DNA of 61,880 nt from Pirellulaceae bacterium (GTDB lineage Bacteria; Planctomycetota; Planctomycetia; Pirellulales; Pirellulaceae). A program made the position numbers and the translations under genes. Positions 49,880 through 59,565 of this stretch are shown here, one piece after another (the first letter of the stretch is position 1; each line of letters begins with the position of its first letter). Location: contig JBGSKY010000299.1 of assembly GCA_041740995.1 (NCBI GenBank), positions 1 through 61,880 of the forward strand. Reading direction: 5' to 3'. The notes below the pieces were generated by a model that made no database searches, was not told where the DNA came from, and saw only the letters and a list, made by a program, of their open reading frames with translations.

Positions 49880-51007
49880 TCAAGCCGCCTTGAACGAAAC
49901 ATTTTGACGGTCTCGCCGTTGAATGAGATCGCTTGCATGATTGGACAGCGTTGCATCAGCGACTTCAAATCCATGGCGAAAGAGAAGACTGAATTCATGA
50001 TGTGTCAATCGCCGTAACGTCGTCTCAAGGCGAGCAACCAAACGAACTTCTTCCTCGTTGAGTGAGGCTTTGTTTTCCGCTGGACGTCTTGGGTAAGCGG
50101 CTTTAGGCACGCGACCCATACGCAGGTAGACTCCGCTGCCAGGATTCTGTTTGAAGTATTCGATCAGCATTCTTGCACGCAGACTTCGGACTTGATCGGT
50201 TGCGACATCAACCAAACGCATTAAAGCTTTAAAGTATTCTGGGGCAAAGGGAGATTGTCGTGCTTCGTTGGCCAATGATCTTGAAGCATCACAGACAATC
50301 AAGAAGTCAGCGCCTTCACAGAGTCCCTCGCTTGGTTTGAAAAGCGATTCGACTCCGAGATTGTCGTAAACGCCGCCATCCCAAAGATGTATTCGGTGGA
50401 ATCTTGGTTTGATTGGCTGCCAACGATCAGTACAGTATTCACTCCAGCAATAGTCTTTTGTTCGCACGACCAACGGGCCGATTAATCCAGGCACCGCCGC
50501 CGAAGCAGCCAACGCATGCGATAGTTTGAAGTCGGGATCGGTCACGTATCTGGTCTGATAGTCGCCCATCAAATCTCGCTGGAACCTCCAGTTTTTGCCT
50601 GTCTGGTAACAGGTTGAATTGATTATCCAGCGGGGAGCGGATGGTAAGTCGGCTAGGTTGCCGGAGATTCGCCAATGCTTCTCCAAGGCATCGCCCAAAA
50701 TTGAAGCTCGTCCAGATGCTAAACGCCAGGGCAAGAGAATTGAATTCAATGCAAATGACCACTGCAGATTTCGCGTGGTCAAAAGCGAGAGAATTTTCGG
50801 CACGACGTCATGCAAATATTCGGCACTGCTTGGCCAGCGCTGTCCAGCAGCTGAAAAGACGAGCCCAGCGGCTAGACTGCCGCCAGATACGCTGGAAATC
50901 ATCGTCACATTTCCCAGTAAATCCTGCCTCGCAAGTCTGGCCAGCACGCCCAGTTGGAATACGGTCGCGCGGACCCCTCCGCCCGAAAAAGCGAGTGCAA
51001 TCTTCAT
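49880..51007 (-). CDS. Patatin-like phospholipase
   Basis: Oxyanion FSGGGVRATVFQLGVL (GGxR). Nucleophile SVSGGS (GxSxG). Catalytic Asp region DGGVYDNLG (DGG). 375 aa. Confidence 0.85.
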   Translation of the reverse strand: MKIALAFSGGGVRATVFQLGVLARLARQDLLGNVTMISSVSGGSLAAGLVFSAAGQRWPSSAEYLHDVVPKILSLLTTRNLQWSFALNSILLPWRLASGRASILGDALEKHWRISGNLADLPSAPRWIINSTCYQTGKNWRFQRDLMGDYQTRYVTDPDFKLSHALAASAAVPGLIGPLVVRTKDYCWSEYCTDRWQPIKPRFHRIHLWDGGVYDNLGVESLFKPSEGLCEGADFLIVCDASRSLANEARQSPFAPEYFKALMRLVDVATDQVRSLRARMLIEYFKQNPGSGVYLRMGRVPKAAYPRRPAENKASLNEEEVRLVARLETTLRRLTHHEFSLLFRHGFEVADATLSNHASDLIQRRDRQNVSFKAA

Positions 51008-51170
51008 GATAAAAGCTAGAAAGTTGACGGGTGAAACGATGGCTCCAACGGTACAAGAGAGTTTTGCCGGTAGACCAAATCAATCGATATCAAATCAGGC
51101 CGAAAATCGCTAGATGCATGTTGGTTCGATTCGAGACTGCCAGCTTCCCGGAACTATCTCAAGACGAAAG

Positions 51171-51905
51171 CTAGCTCAGAATTTTTGAGACGATGTCCCA
51201 GTCGGCTTGGGTCGTTACTTTAATGTTCGATGGTGAGTCTTCGCAAATTGTTACTGCATGACCTGCTGCTGAGATCAATTGCGCGTCGTCGGTAATGGTT
51301 TGCTGACTTTGAAGTGTCTGTAAAAATTCAGTTTTGTAGACTTCTGCCAACCAGTCACGCCGGAAGACTTGAGGCGTTGTGGCCTGATAAAGATTTTGAC
51401 GTGAAGGCGTGTCCATAACTTGAAACTTAGCATCCACTCGTTTGAGCGTGCCCCAAATCGGGACTCCCAAAATAGACGCGCCGGTTCGATCAGCGAAATC
51501 AATTACCCGTTGAATCGCTGATACTTTAATGCACGGTCGCGCCGCGTCATGAATTGCAACCAGCTTTGTGTTCTCGACAAGCCCCGCGTCAAGATCCTTG
51601 GTGAGCTCAGTCAGTGCGCTTTGGATGCTAGCCCATCGTTCAGCTCCACCAGCAACCAAACGAATCTTGTTGTGGAAAAGATAGCCGTCGAATTCCGCAG
51701 CAAACGAGTTCATTGCGTCAGATGCAATGACTAAATAGATTGGGCCAACTCGCTGGATCGATCGGAACACGTCGACGCTGTATTGCCAAAGTGGTTTACC
51801 GTGGAGCTTAAGAAAAACCTTGCTTTGTTTCGATTCGGTCGTTGTCGATTCCGAGAATCTTGTTGAACGACCAGCAGCCGCAATGATGGCCGTTGTGTCA
51901 GCCAT
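51171..51905 (-). CDS. ispD: 2-C-methyl-D-erythritol 4-phosphate cytidylyltransferase
   Basis: IIAAAGRSTRF near the N-terminus, VAIHDAARP, and IspD-like fold throughout. 244 aa. Confidence 0.85.
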   Translation of the reverse strand: MADTTAIIAAAGRSTRFSESTTTESKQSKVFLKLHGKPLWQYSVDVFRSIQRVGPIYLVIASDAMNSFAAEFDGYLFHNKIRLVAGGAERWASIQSALTELTKDLDAGLVENTKLVAIHDAARPCIKVSAIQRVIDFADRTGASILGVPIWGTLKRVDAKFQVMDTPSRQNLYQATTPQVFRRDWLAEVYKTEFLQTLQSQQTITDDAQLISAAGHAVTICEDSPSNIKVTTQADWDIVSKILS

Positions 51906-51910
51906 AATAG

Positions 51911-53668
51911 TTAGTTTCGTTTGAGGCTAAATGACGTGTAATGGATTCCACTGTCGTCTTCACTTATAAAACCACCAGCCGGTGCCAAGTGTTTTCGAAT
52001 GACGTCAAATGGCGGTAATTGATGGCGTTGAAGGGCGTTATTCAAAGCAGTGAAAAAGGGGTTGCGATCGGCGATCTCTGCCATTTGTTCTCGATTACGT
52101 GGATCAGCTGCCATGTCATAAAAAACACGGATCGCTTCTTCGGGGCGTGACATTGTTAGGCCGCAGATTTTCATGCCCGAAACCTGCTCGGAAATTCGTT
52201 GGCGAATGACTTTGTATTCCAACGAATTGAGCAGCAGAGAATCGGCCGCTTGATAAGCTGAAATCAGTTGTTCGAGTGCTTGCAGCGAGTCGGAAACCAG
52301 CAAGCGATCGTCGATCATACAGACCGCGGGGTCCGGCCGTCTTGGTCCCTCATTGCGCTGATCGGTGGATACATGCATGACCGAAAATCCTTGAATATCA
52401 ACGACCTTGGTGTTCTTGTTTTTCGAAGCCACATAATCAAAGAGTTTGGGCAGAGTTTCGTTCTCAAATTGTTTCGCATTTGAGAGCTTGAAAGCGATCA
52501 CGTTTGAACCAGAATTGACGCGAGCGGGTCGCAATTGAATCTGAATCACGCTGATCCGATCATCGAAGTGATCCAAAATGTCTTTTTGAAAATCAACTTT
52601 CAATTCGGCGGAGGCACGCTCGAGGACGTTCTGCTTAAACGCATCTTCGCCGTTAAAGGTATTGAACAGTTCTGCGACAGCGTTGATCGTTGATTGGGTG
52701 CGCCAGTTAATAGTCATGTATGAACTGACATCTTCAGGAACAAACGTTTCTGGATCGACAGTGCCCTCCTTAGGACGAACAACAGACAAAAATGCTCGGC
52801 GCGGCGACGCGATGAGTATGTGGAAATGAAATATTGAATCGAATCCCTCTGGAGCCAAAATAGCACTACCGCCAGCAGCCTTGATGCCATCGATTCCCAG
52901 TACTGGCAGCATGGCGCTAACAGCCATCGTTCCACCGTCGCGTTTGCTAAGGTCGTTGATAATCGCTAGTGGATCGACGTAGAACGAAACCTGTGGTCGC
53001 TCGCCACTGGTGCCGGCACTTCGCGACATAATGTCAAGAAATTTTGCGTTTTGAGCGAGAGGTTTATGACCGCTTGAGTTATCCGTCCAAACCTTCGCGA
53101 CATCCATTGCCACGCGTCGATTGTTAGCGATGAATAAGCAACCTTGATCGAAGAAGTAAGACCAATTTTCGGCTCGGTCCAAATCGGAGTTGTCACTAAA
53201 GACTTCGACAAAGGATACCATTTCGTGATGTTGGCCCTCGGAGGCGTTTGAGCCCCGCTGCCGAGCTTTGGCCAAGAGAATTTCTAACTCTGGCAACCGG
53301 TCGTTTGCTTCGACCAACACACAGACTGCTGGACGATCGTTCGTCGGAATAACTGCAACGGCGACTTCACCCTGCGGGATTTGCAAGACCTCTTCGATCG
53401 ACAGACCTACCGCATCTTGAAAACCTTTCGCGCCCTCAATCAGACCGCTGTAGATTTCACGAAAAAATGGGCTAATTTGTGGGTCGTCGAGCAATTTGCC
53501 AAATGAAGTCTCCGACCACTTCGACTTCAGCGTGTTCATGTTGTCGACACGAACGTAAGCGAGCGTCGAATCCGGGAAAAGTTGCGGACCTGTAGGACGC
53601 TCTGCAAACGCCAGATTGACGCCGAGAAAGACTGAACAACAGATGACAGTGGATAAGTATTTCAACAT
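51911..53668 (-). CDS. Hypothetical secreted protein (585 aa)
   Basis: Clear signal peptide MLKYLSTVICCSVFLGVNLAFA. 5 bp upstream of ispD on the same strand. No family recognised with confidence. Confidence 0.5.
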   Translation of the reverse strand: MLKYLSTVICCSVFLGVNLAFAERPTGPQLFPDSTLAYVRVDNMNTLKSKWSETSFGKLLDDPQISPFFREIYSGLIEGAKGFQDAVGLSIEEVLQIPQGEVAVAVIPTNDRPAVCVLVEANDRLPELEILLAKARQRGSNASEGQHHEMVSFVEVFSDNSDLDRAENWSYFFDQGCLFIANNRRVAMDVAKVWTDNSSGHKPLAQNAKFLDIMSRSAGTSGERPQVSFYVDPLAIINDLSKRDGGTMAVSAMLPVLGIDGIKAAGGSAILAPEGFDSIFHFHILIASPRRAFLSVVRPKEGTVDPETFVPEDVSSYMTINWRTQSTINAVAELFNTFNGEDAFKQNVLERASAELKVDFQKDILDHFDDRISVIQIQLRPARVNSGSNVIAFKLSNAKQFENETLPKLFDYVASKNKNTKVVDIQGFSVMHVSTDQRNEGPRRPDPAVCMIDDRLLVSDSLQALEQLISAYQAADSLLLNSLEYKVIRQRISEQVSGMKICGLTMSRPEEAIRVFYDMAADPRNREQMAEIADRNPFFTALNNALQRHQLPPFDVIRKHLAPAGGFISEDDSGIHYTSFSLKRN

Positions 53669-53949
53669 TCAATTTGCCTTAGATTGTAGAACGCAGTCTC
53701 AGTCTCGCATTGCATTCTAATCATCACATGCGAAGCCGACTATCAATCCGAGCGAAGGTAGTTTGTCGATTGTAGTGATTAGCGTCAATTTTTTGGTTAC
53801 GCAGCACTCTCAAGGTCGCCAACAATTTTCCCAGTTGAACTTCCCAAACAGTCGATGAACTCTGAACCGATCGAGCAAGTTCTTTATCCCAATCGCTCGC
53901 TCGAAATTAAAGTATTCGTCTGCAAAGCAAAAATCTTGCGAGGAAAACC

Positions 53950-54405
53950 ATGAGCGCCGAAGCTTTTTTAAGGCTCGATATTGAAGCCAGTTCGCCTGCT
54001 CGACTTCGATTGCTTTTAATTCAAAAAGCTGTCGGTTTATCGCATTTGGTTCTGCATCTTTGGGAGGAAGGCGATTATCAAAAAGCGGATCAATGGATTC
54101 TCAGAATCCGGGATATTTTGAGCGAATTGCTGGAAGGCGTAACCGACAAGCAAAACTCGGCGGCTGGTCCGATTAGCGATTTGTATGTATATCTCATTCA
54201 GTTGCTCGATCAGTCGGCTGCTGGACGAGTCGAAGAGGGGCTCAAGTCGTTGAGCGAAGTGTTGGAAATCGACATGGAAACTTGGTCTTTATTCGTCCGC
54301 CAAGAGAATATCTCGGCCGCTCCAAATTCCCCTGCATTCAGTGCCCATGGCTCAAGCGATTTCGATTCAATTTCCAGCAGCATAGAACTTGATTTGCAAA
54401 TGTAG
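53950..54405 (+). CDS. Small helical protein, possibly FliS-like flagellar export chaperone
   Basis: 151 aa. Amphipathic pattern LRLLLIQKAVGLSHLVLHLWEEGDYQKADQWILRIRDILSELLEGV...GPISDLYVYLIQLLDQSAAGRVEEGLKSLSEVLEIDMETWSLF resembles the FliS four-helix bundle. Weak; no flagellar neighbours. Confidence 0.35.
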   Translation: MSAEAFLRLDIEASSPARLRLLLIQKAVGLSHLVLHLWEEGDYQKADQWILRIRDILSELLEGVTDKQNSAAGPISDLYVYLIQLLDQSAAGRVEEGLKSLSEVLEIDMETWSLFVRQENISAAPNSPAFSAHGSSDFDSISSSIELDLQM

Positions 54406-54818
54406 TCGGATAGTTTCGCCGTCGCCTTCTGGTTAAAAACGTACCGAGTTGGCTCAAATCTTTAAAGGCTGCGATCAATCTCAACGCGGCGAGCTAGTTC
54501 TACGACCGCATGCAATCGCCGTTGCGAATTTTGCGATTTATCGCATGCAGAATTTCAGTCGAGCAAATGTCGCCGATCGGCAGCATTTTCCTGCACCCGC
54601 CTGACGCTATGGCCCTCCTAGTAAACGCTCAAAGGCTATACAATCGCCTTCGCATGGCTCCGACGAATCAATTCCGTAGCAGACACTGAACGTTGATGGA
54701 ATTGTCTTTTCTATCAAACTGAAAAAGGAAATTTTTTGTGGCTGGTGAGAAGTCTTTGGAAGTCTTTGAAGGAACCATGCGAGCTTTACGCAAGAACGCT
54801 TCAAATAGGTAATGAATA

Positions 54819-56099
54819 GTGATGTCCGGGATTCTAGAAGAGTTGAAATGGCGCGGGCTAATAAAGCAATGCACCGATGAATTGAATGTGGCCAAACTAT
54901 TGGAGCAGCCGACGCATGTTTACGCCGGATTCGACCCAACCGCCGACTCGTTGCATGTTGGTTCGCTCTTACCGCTGACTTTACTTCGTCGATTTCAAAG
55001 TTTCGGACACACGCCAATCTGCCTCGTGGGTGGTGCGACCGGAATGGTCGGTGATCCGAGCGGAAAGTCGGCCGAGCGCAACTTACTAGACCGAGAATCG
55101 CTGGCAAAAAACGTTGCTGGCATTCAACGCCAAGTATCCCAATTTGTCAATTTCGAAGGCAAGAACGCGGCCGTCCTTGTAAACAATTTTGATTGGATGC
55201 AAGGCTTCAGTTTCCTCGACTTCCTACGCGACGTCGGTAAAAATTTTCCGGTCAACACAATGCTGGCCAAGGACAGCATCAAGAGTCGAATTGAACGCGA
55301 TGATGAGGGTATCAGCTACACCGAATTCAGTTATATGCTGCTGCAAGCATATGATTTTGTATATCTCGCAAAACACCATGATTGCAGACTTCAGATTGGT
55401 GGCAGCGATCAATGGGGAAATATTACCGCTGGTATCGACCTTGGCCGACGCATGTTGGGGCAACAACTATTTGGTATGACTTGTCCGTTGTTAGTCAACA
55501 GCGAAGGACAAAAAATGGGCAAGACCGAACGCGGCGCCGTTTGGCTTGATGCTGAACGGACCAGCCCGTACGAGTTCTATCAATATTTTTTCAATGTCGC
55601 TGATGCAGATGTCTTGAATATTATCAAACTGCTGTCGGATATTACGCAAGAAGAGTTTCGCGAACTAGAGAGTATCCCGCCAGATAAAGCGTTCGAGCGC
55701 GTTCCCCAGCGTCGTTTGGCTGAATCATTAACCGCGCTAGTTCACGGACAAGCGGGGATTGCGTCGGCCAAACAAGCAAGCGAAATTTTGTTCGGCGGTG
55801 AGATCAACAATCTTTCTTCAAAAGAATTAAAGTCGATCTTTCATGATGTGCCTAACGCGACCGTGTCAAGCGAAACGTTTTCAATTGGCCAACTAAACCT
55901 GATCGACGCGTTAGTGCAATGCGGACTTTCTAAATCAAAAAGCGAAGCCAAACGTGGCATCGAGGCTGGAAGCATCTATATCAACAACCGTCGCGAGTCC
56001 GAGATCGATCGTTGTTTGTCTGCCAGCGACTTGATTGGCGATTCGTCAATTGTGTTACGCAGCGGAAAAAAACGCTACGCGATTTTAAACGTTGAATAA
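54819..56099 (+). CDS. tyrS: Tyrosine--tRNA ligase
   Basis: HIGH-type motif GFDPTADSLHVGSL. KMSKS-type KMGKT. C-terminal S4-like domain. 426 aa. Confidence 0.93.
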   Translation: MMSGILEELKWRGLIKQCTDELNVAKLLEQPTHVYAGFDPTADSLHVGSLLPLTLLRRFQSFGHTPICLVGGATGMVGDPSGKSAERNLLDRESLAKNVAGIQRQVSQFVNFEGKNAAVLVNNFDWMQGFSFLDFLRDVGKNFPVNTMLAKDSIKSRIERDDEGISYTEFSYMLLQAYDFVYLAKHHDCRLQIGGSDQWGNITAGIDLGRRMLGQQLFGMTCPLLVNSEGQKMGKTERGAVWLDAERTSPYEFYQYFFNVADADVLNIIKLLSDITQEEFRELESIPPDKAFERVPQRRLAESLTALVHGQAGIASAKQASEILFGGEINNLSSKELKSIFHDVPNATVSSETFSIGQLNLIDALVQCGLSKSKSEAKRGIEAGSIYINNRRESEIDRCLSASDLIGDSSIVLRSGKKRYAILNVE

Positions 56100-56126
56100 G
56101 AGATAATGTCGAGCCTTATCCAATGC

Positions 56127-56160
56127 AAAACAGGTTGGCAACATTTGTCGCCAACCTGTT
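56127..56160. terminator. Bidirectional hairpin terminator between convergent tyrS and dnaK
   Basis: aacaggttggc-(loop)-gccaacctgtt, a perfect 11-bp inverted repeat (extendable, imperfect, to about 15 bp). It lies 28 bp after the tyrS stop and about 50 bp after the dnaK stop. Confidence 0.6.
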
Positions 56161-56212
56161 ATCGAAATCAAATAGCCTGACCTCTCGGTCGGACTTTGTT
56201 TTCAGTGGACGC

Positions 56213-58126
56213 TTATTTTACTTCGAACTCTGCATCAATCGCGTCGTCGTCGCCTGAGGTCGAAGCCGCTTCTGCGCCGCCCGCAGGTGCTGCGTTGGTC
56301 TTCTCGTACAACGTCTTGCTAAATGCATGAGACGCTTGTTCGAGATCATTGGTCGCTGACTTGATCTTTTCAATGTCTCCGGACGAAACCGCATCACGAA
56401 CGGTTTTAATTGCGGAGCTCAGCGGTGCCTTGTCAGCTTCGCTCAGCTTATCGCCCTGCTCTGCGATCGTCTTTTCGAGCTGGTAAACCATGTTTTCGGC
56501 CTTGTTTTTCGCTTCAGCCAATTCAAAGGTTCGTCGATCTTCATCGGCATGCTCTTCTGCATCGCGCCGCATGCGTTCGATCTCATCTTTGCTCAATCCG
56601 CTGCTCTGCTCAATCCGGACACTCGCCTCTTTACCGGACCCAAGATCTTTGGCTGACACATTGAGAATACCGTTCTGATCGATATCGAATTTGACTTCGA
56701 TTTGCGGTACGCCACGCGGTGCGGCTGGAATGCCTTCCAAGTTGAATTCGCCCAGCAAACGGTTTTGCTGTGCCATTTTGCGTTCGCCTTGAAACACTCG
56801 AACGGTCACGGCAGTTTGCGAGTCTGCCGCAGTCGAGAATGTGTTCTTCTTTTCAGCCGGAACTGTCGTGTTCCGCTCGATCAAAGCGGTCAAAATACCA
56901 CCCTCGGTTTCGATTCCAAGCGTCAGTGGAGTAACGTCAAGGAGCAATACGTCGCGACGATCGCCAGCGAGTACCGCCCCCTGAATCGCTGCACCGACTG
57001 CTACTACCTCGTCAGGATTAACGCCTTGATGAGGTTCCTTTCCAAAGATTGATTTGACAATCTCACGGACTTTTGGAACTCGTGTCGAACCGCCCACCAA
57101 TACAACTTCATCAATCTGGCCAGGTTTCAGTTTTGCGTCCTCGAGTGCTTGAAGCAACGGCTTTCGCAGTCGCTCGAGCATCGGGTCGATCAGCTCTTCA
57201 AACTTGGCGCGAGTAATGGTCAATTGCAAATGCTTCGGCCCCGACGCATCGGCGGTAATAAACGGCAAGTTGATATCCGTTTGTGGAACTGAAGACAATT
57301 CCTTTTTCGCCTTTTCGCAAGCTTCTTGCAAACGTTGCAACGCCATCGGTTCCTTGCGTAGATCGGTACCGTTTTCCTTCTGGAAATACTCCGCAACATG
57401 CTTGACGAGAGCTTGGTCAAAATCGTCGCCGCCCAAGTGTGTATCACCACTGGTGCTGATTACTTCGAAAACCTTACTCTTGGAGTCTTCGTCGCCACTG
57501 GCGGCGACTTCCAAAACAGAGACGTCGAATGTTCCACCACCCAAGTCAAAAACGACGATCTTTTGATCTTTCGTTTTGTCCAGGCCGTACGCAAGTGCAG
57601 CGGCTGGTGGCTCGTTGATGATCCGCGCCACTTCCAATCCCGCGACTTGGCCCGCGTCTTTTGTTGCTTGCCGCTGCGCGTCGTTGAAGTAAGCCGGAAC
57701 GGTGATGACTGCTTTGCTAACGCGATGCCCCAGATAAGATTCCGCCGCTTCCTTCAACTTGCGAAGTACCTTGGCCGAGATCTCTTGCGGCGTATGTTGC
57801 GTGTCGCCAATTTGAACCTTCACATATTCATTCGCGCCGCCAACGATTTGATATGGGACGATCTTCTCTTCGGATTCAACTTCCGAATGACGTCGGCCCA
57901 TGAATCGTTTGACCGACGAAACCGTACGCTGCGGATTGGTGACCGCTTGGCGACGAGCTGGTTCGCCAACAATTGTTTCACCTTTGTCGTTAAACGCGAC
58001 GACAGAAGGGGTCAGCCGGTTGCCTTCAGCATTCGGAATGACTTTTACTTCCGAACCTTCCATGACCGCAACGACGGAGTTTGTTGTTCCTAAGTCGATG
58101 CCGATAATCTTTTCGCCTGAAGCCAT
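56213..58126 (-). CDS. dnaK: Molecular chaperone DnaK (Hsp70)
   Basis: [32 protein letters not shown]-terminal lid and EEVK-like tail. 637 aa. Confidence 0.95.
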   Translation of the reverse strand: MASGEKIIGIDLGTTNSVVAVMEGSEVKVIPNAEGNRLTPSVVAFNDKGETIVGEPARRQAVTNPQRTVSSVKRFMGRRHSEVESEEKIVPYQIVGGANEYVKVQIGDTQHTPQEISAKVLRKLKEAAESYLGHRVSKAVITVPAYFNDAQRQATKDAGQVAGLEVARIINEPPAAALAYGLDKTKDQKIVVFDLGGGTFDVSVLEVAASGDEDSKSKVFEVISTSGDTHLGGDDFDQALVKHVAEYFQKENGTDLRKEPMALQRLQEACEKAKKELSSVPQTDINLPFITADASGPKHLQLTITRAKFEELIDPMLERLRKPLLQALEDAKLKPGQIDEVVLVGGSTRVPKVREIVKSIFGKEPHQGVNPDEVVAVGAAIQGAVLAGDRRDVLLLDVTPLTLGIETEGGILTALIERNTTVPAEKKNTFSTAADSQTAVTVRVFQGERKMAQQNRLLGEFNLEGIPAAPRGVPQIEVKFDIDQNGILNVSAKDLGSGKEASVRIEQSSGLSKDEIERMRRDAEEHADEDRRTFELAEAKNKAENMVYQLEKTIAEQGDKLSEADKAPLSSAIKTVRDAVSSGDIEKIKSATNDLEQASHAFSKTLYEKTNAAPAGGAEAASTSGDDDAIDAEFEVK

Positions 58127-58303
58127 TTTGATTCCCTACTTTCGTAATCGAACGGGTTCAATCCGCTATCGCAAGTCGGACGAGCTTGATGTGTTATAAA
58201 TTGAATACGAAGGCTAAATGTTCATCCGGCGAGTAGCTGGGCTGACGGAAGCCACCGTTTACTCTCACCGTTTTGCAACCCTCGTGCCAGATGGTCTATA
58301 AAT

Positions 58304-58352
58304 GTCCTTGACGAGCTTCGAGAAAGAACGTTTCTAGTGTAAAGTCAAGGAC
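58304..58352. promoter_or_regulatory. Perfect 9-bp inverted repeat gtccttgac-N31-gtcaaggac in the dnaK/pheA divergent intergenic region; candidate operator
   Basis: Seen directly. The internal sequence agaaagaacgtttct is also near-palindromic. No CIRCE (TTAGCACTC-N9-GAGTGCTAA) match was found. Confidence 0.3.
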
Positions 58353-58474
58353 TTTTCGCTTCTTTAAAAGGGTAGAAAAAAATCAAAGCCCTCCAGAATT
58401 CCGTGTCCGTCGTGGACAGTTCGGATCGATTTGCCAATTTGACAGTCTTTTTTTCGCCTTAAGGTTGATTCTCC

Positions 58475-59548
58475 ATGTCACTGCCCTCGAACCCACCGGA
58501 AGCTCTTCAAAAGCTCGACCAAGCCATCGCGAAGCTACTTTTAGAAAGATTCGAGCTGCAAAAATCGATACCAGCCAGCGACGCATTTAACGTCTCCAAC
58601 TTGGTCAGCCAGCAAGGCTTTCTGGGCACGCCTGCCGGTAAAGAACTGGCTGAGAAATTGCATCCGCAAGCAGCGGCCGCGCTGACGCGAATCATCAGCC
58701 AGATCGGACTATTCGAAAAATCCGATCAACCAACCGTCGCCTTTCTCGGTCCGGCATTTTCTTACAGCTACCTGGCTACTGTACGATATTTTTCCGAGCT
58801 AGCCGACTTGCGACCGGTCGCGACGATTGCGACCGTTTTCGATGATGTGCTGGCCGGTCGATGCGCCTTCGGAGTTGTTCCCATCGAAAATTCGACCGAC
58901 GGGCGAGTCGTCGATACGCTGGCTTCGTTTGCCGATTCGCCGCTGGGAATTTGCGGCGAAGTGCTTTACCCGATTCATCATTGCCTGCTCACACATTCGG
59001 CAATTGAAAAGATTGAATGTGTTTACAGCAAGCCGCAAGCAATCTCGCAATGCCGAAAGTGGCTAGCGACTCATTTGCCGGGCGTCAAAACCCTCGATGT
59101 CTCAAGCACGACAGCCGCGGCAGAAATCGCGTCGCGGGAACCAAAGTCAGCCGCCATCGCTTCGTTCGAAGCCGGACTTCACTTCGGTTTGAAATCCGTT
59201 GCCAATCGGATCGAAGACGTAATCGGTAACGTTACTAGGTTCGCGGTCGTCGGTCGCAATAAACCTCCAGCGACTGGTGCGGATAAAACGTCGTTGATGC
59301 TGCAGATTCGTCATCGCTCTGGCGCGCTGGCCGATGCGATGCAAATTTTTCGAGCTCACTCGATCAACCTGACTTGGATCGAATCGTTTCCATTGCGCGG
59401 AAACCCGAACGAGTATCTCTTTTTCATTGAGCTTGATGGTCATCAAGCAAACGAACAAGTTTCAGCCGCACTTGACCAATTAAAAGAGCAAACGCTTCGT
59501 TTTGAATGCTTGGGCTCTTACCCCAAAGCAAAACTCGTGGACGCCTGA
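58475..59548 (+). CDS. pheA: Bifunctional chorismate mutase / prephenate dehydratase (P-protein) with C-terminal ACT domain
   Basis: N-terminal CM helix LQKLDQAIAKLLLERFEL. PDT domain VAFLGPAFSYSYLA...TRF. ACT domain at the C-terminus. 357 aa. Confidence 0.88.
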   Translation: MSLPSNPPEALQKLDQAIAKLLLERFELQKSIPASDAFNVSNLVSQQGFLGTPAGKELAEKLHPQAAAALTRIISQIGLFEKSDQPTVAFLGPAFSYSYLATVRYFSELADLRPVATIATVFDDVLAGRCAFGVVPIENSTDGRVVDTLASFADSPLGICGEVLYPIHHCLLTHSAIEKIECVYSKPQAISQCRKWLATHLPGVKTLDVSSTTAAAEIASREPKSAAIASFEAGLHFGLKSVANRIEDVIGNVTRFAVVGRNKPPATGADKTSLMLQIRHRSGALADAMQIFRAHSINLTWIESFPLRGNPNEYLFFIELDGHQANEQVSAALDQLKEQTLRFECLGSYPKAKLVDA

Positions 59549-59565
59549 ACTAGCACGGTTGAACG

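Noticed and set aside
54406-54818. Possible T-box leader upstream of tyrS
   Set aside because: The 413-bp leader contains small palindromes (tgcgatttatcgca). I could not find the T-box consensus (AATTAGGGTGGNACCGCG-like) or a credible specifier-loop/antiterminator arrangement. T-boxes are also rare outside Firmicutes and a few other phyla.
58127-58474. CIRCE/HrcA operator or HAIR element upstream of dnaK
   Set aside because: No match to TTAGCACTC-N9-GAGTGCTAA or CTTGAGT-N7-ACTCAAG was seen. A different inverted repeat is reported instead.
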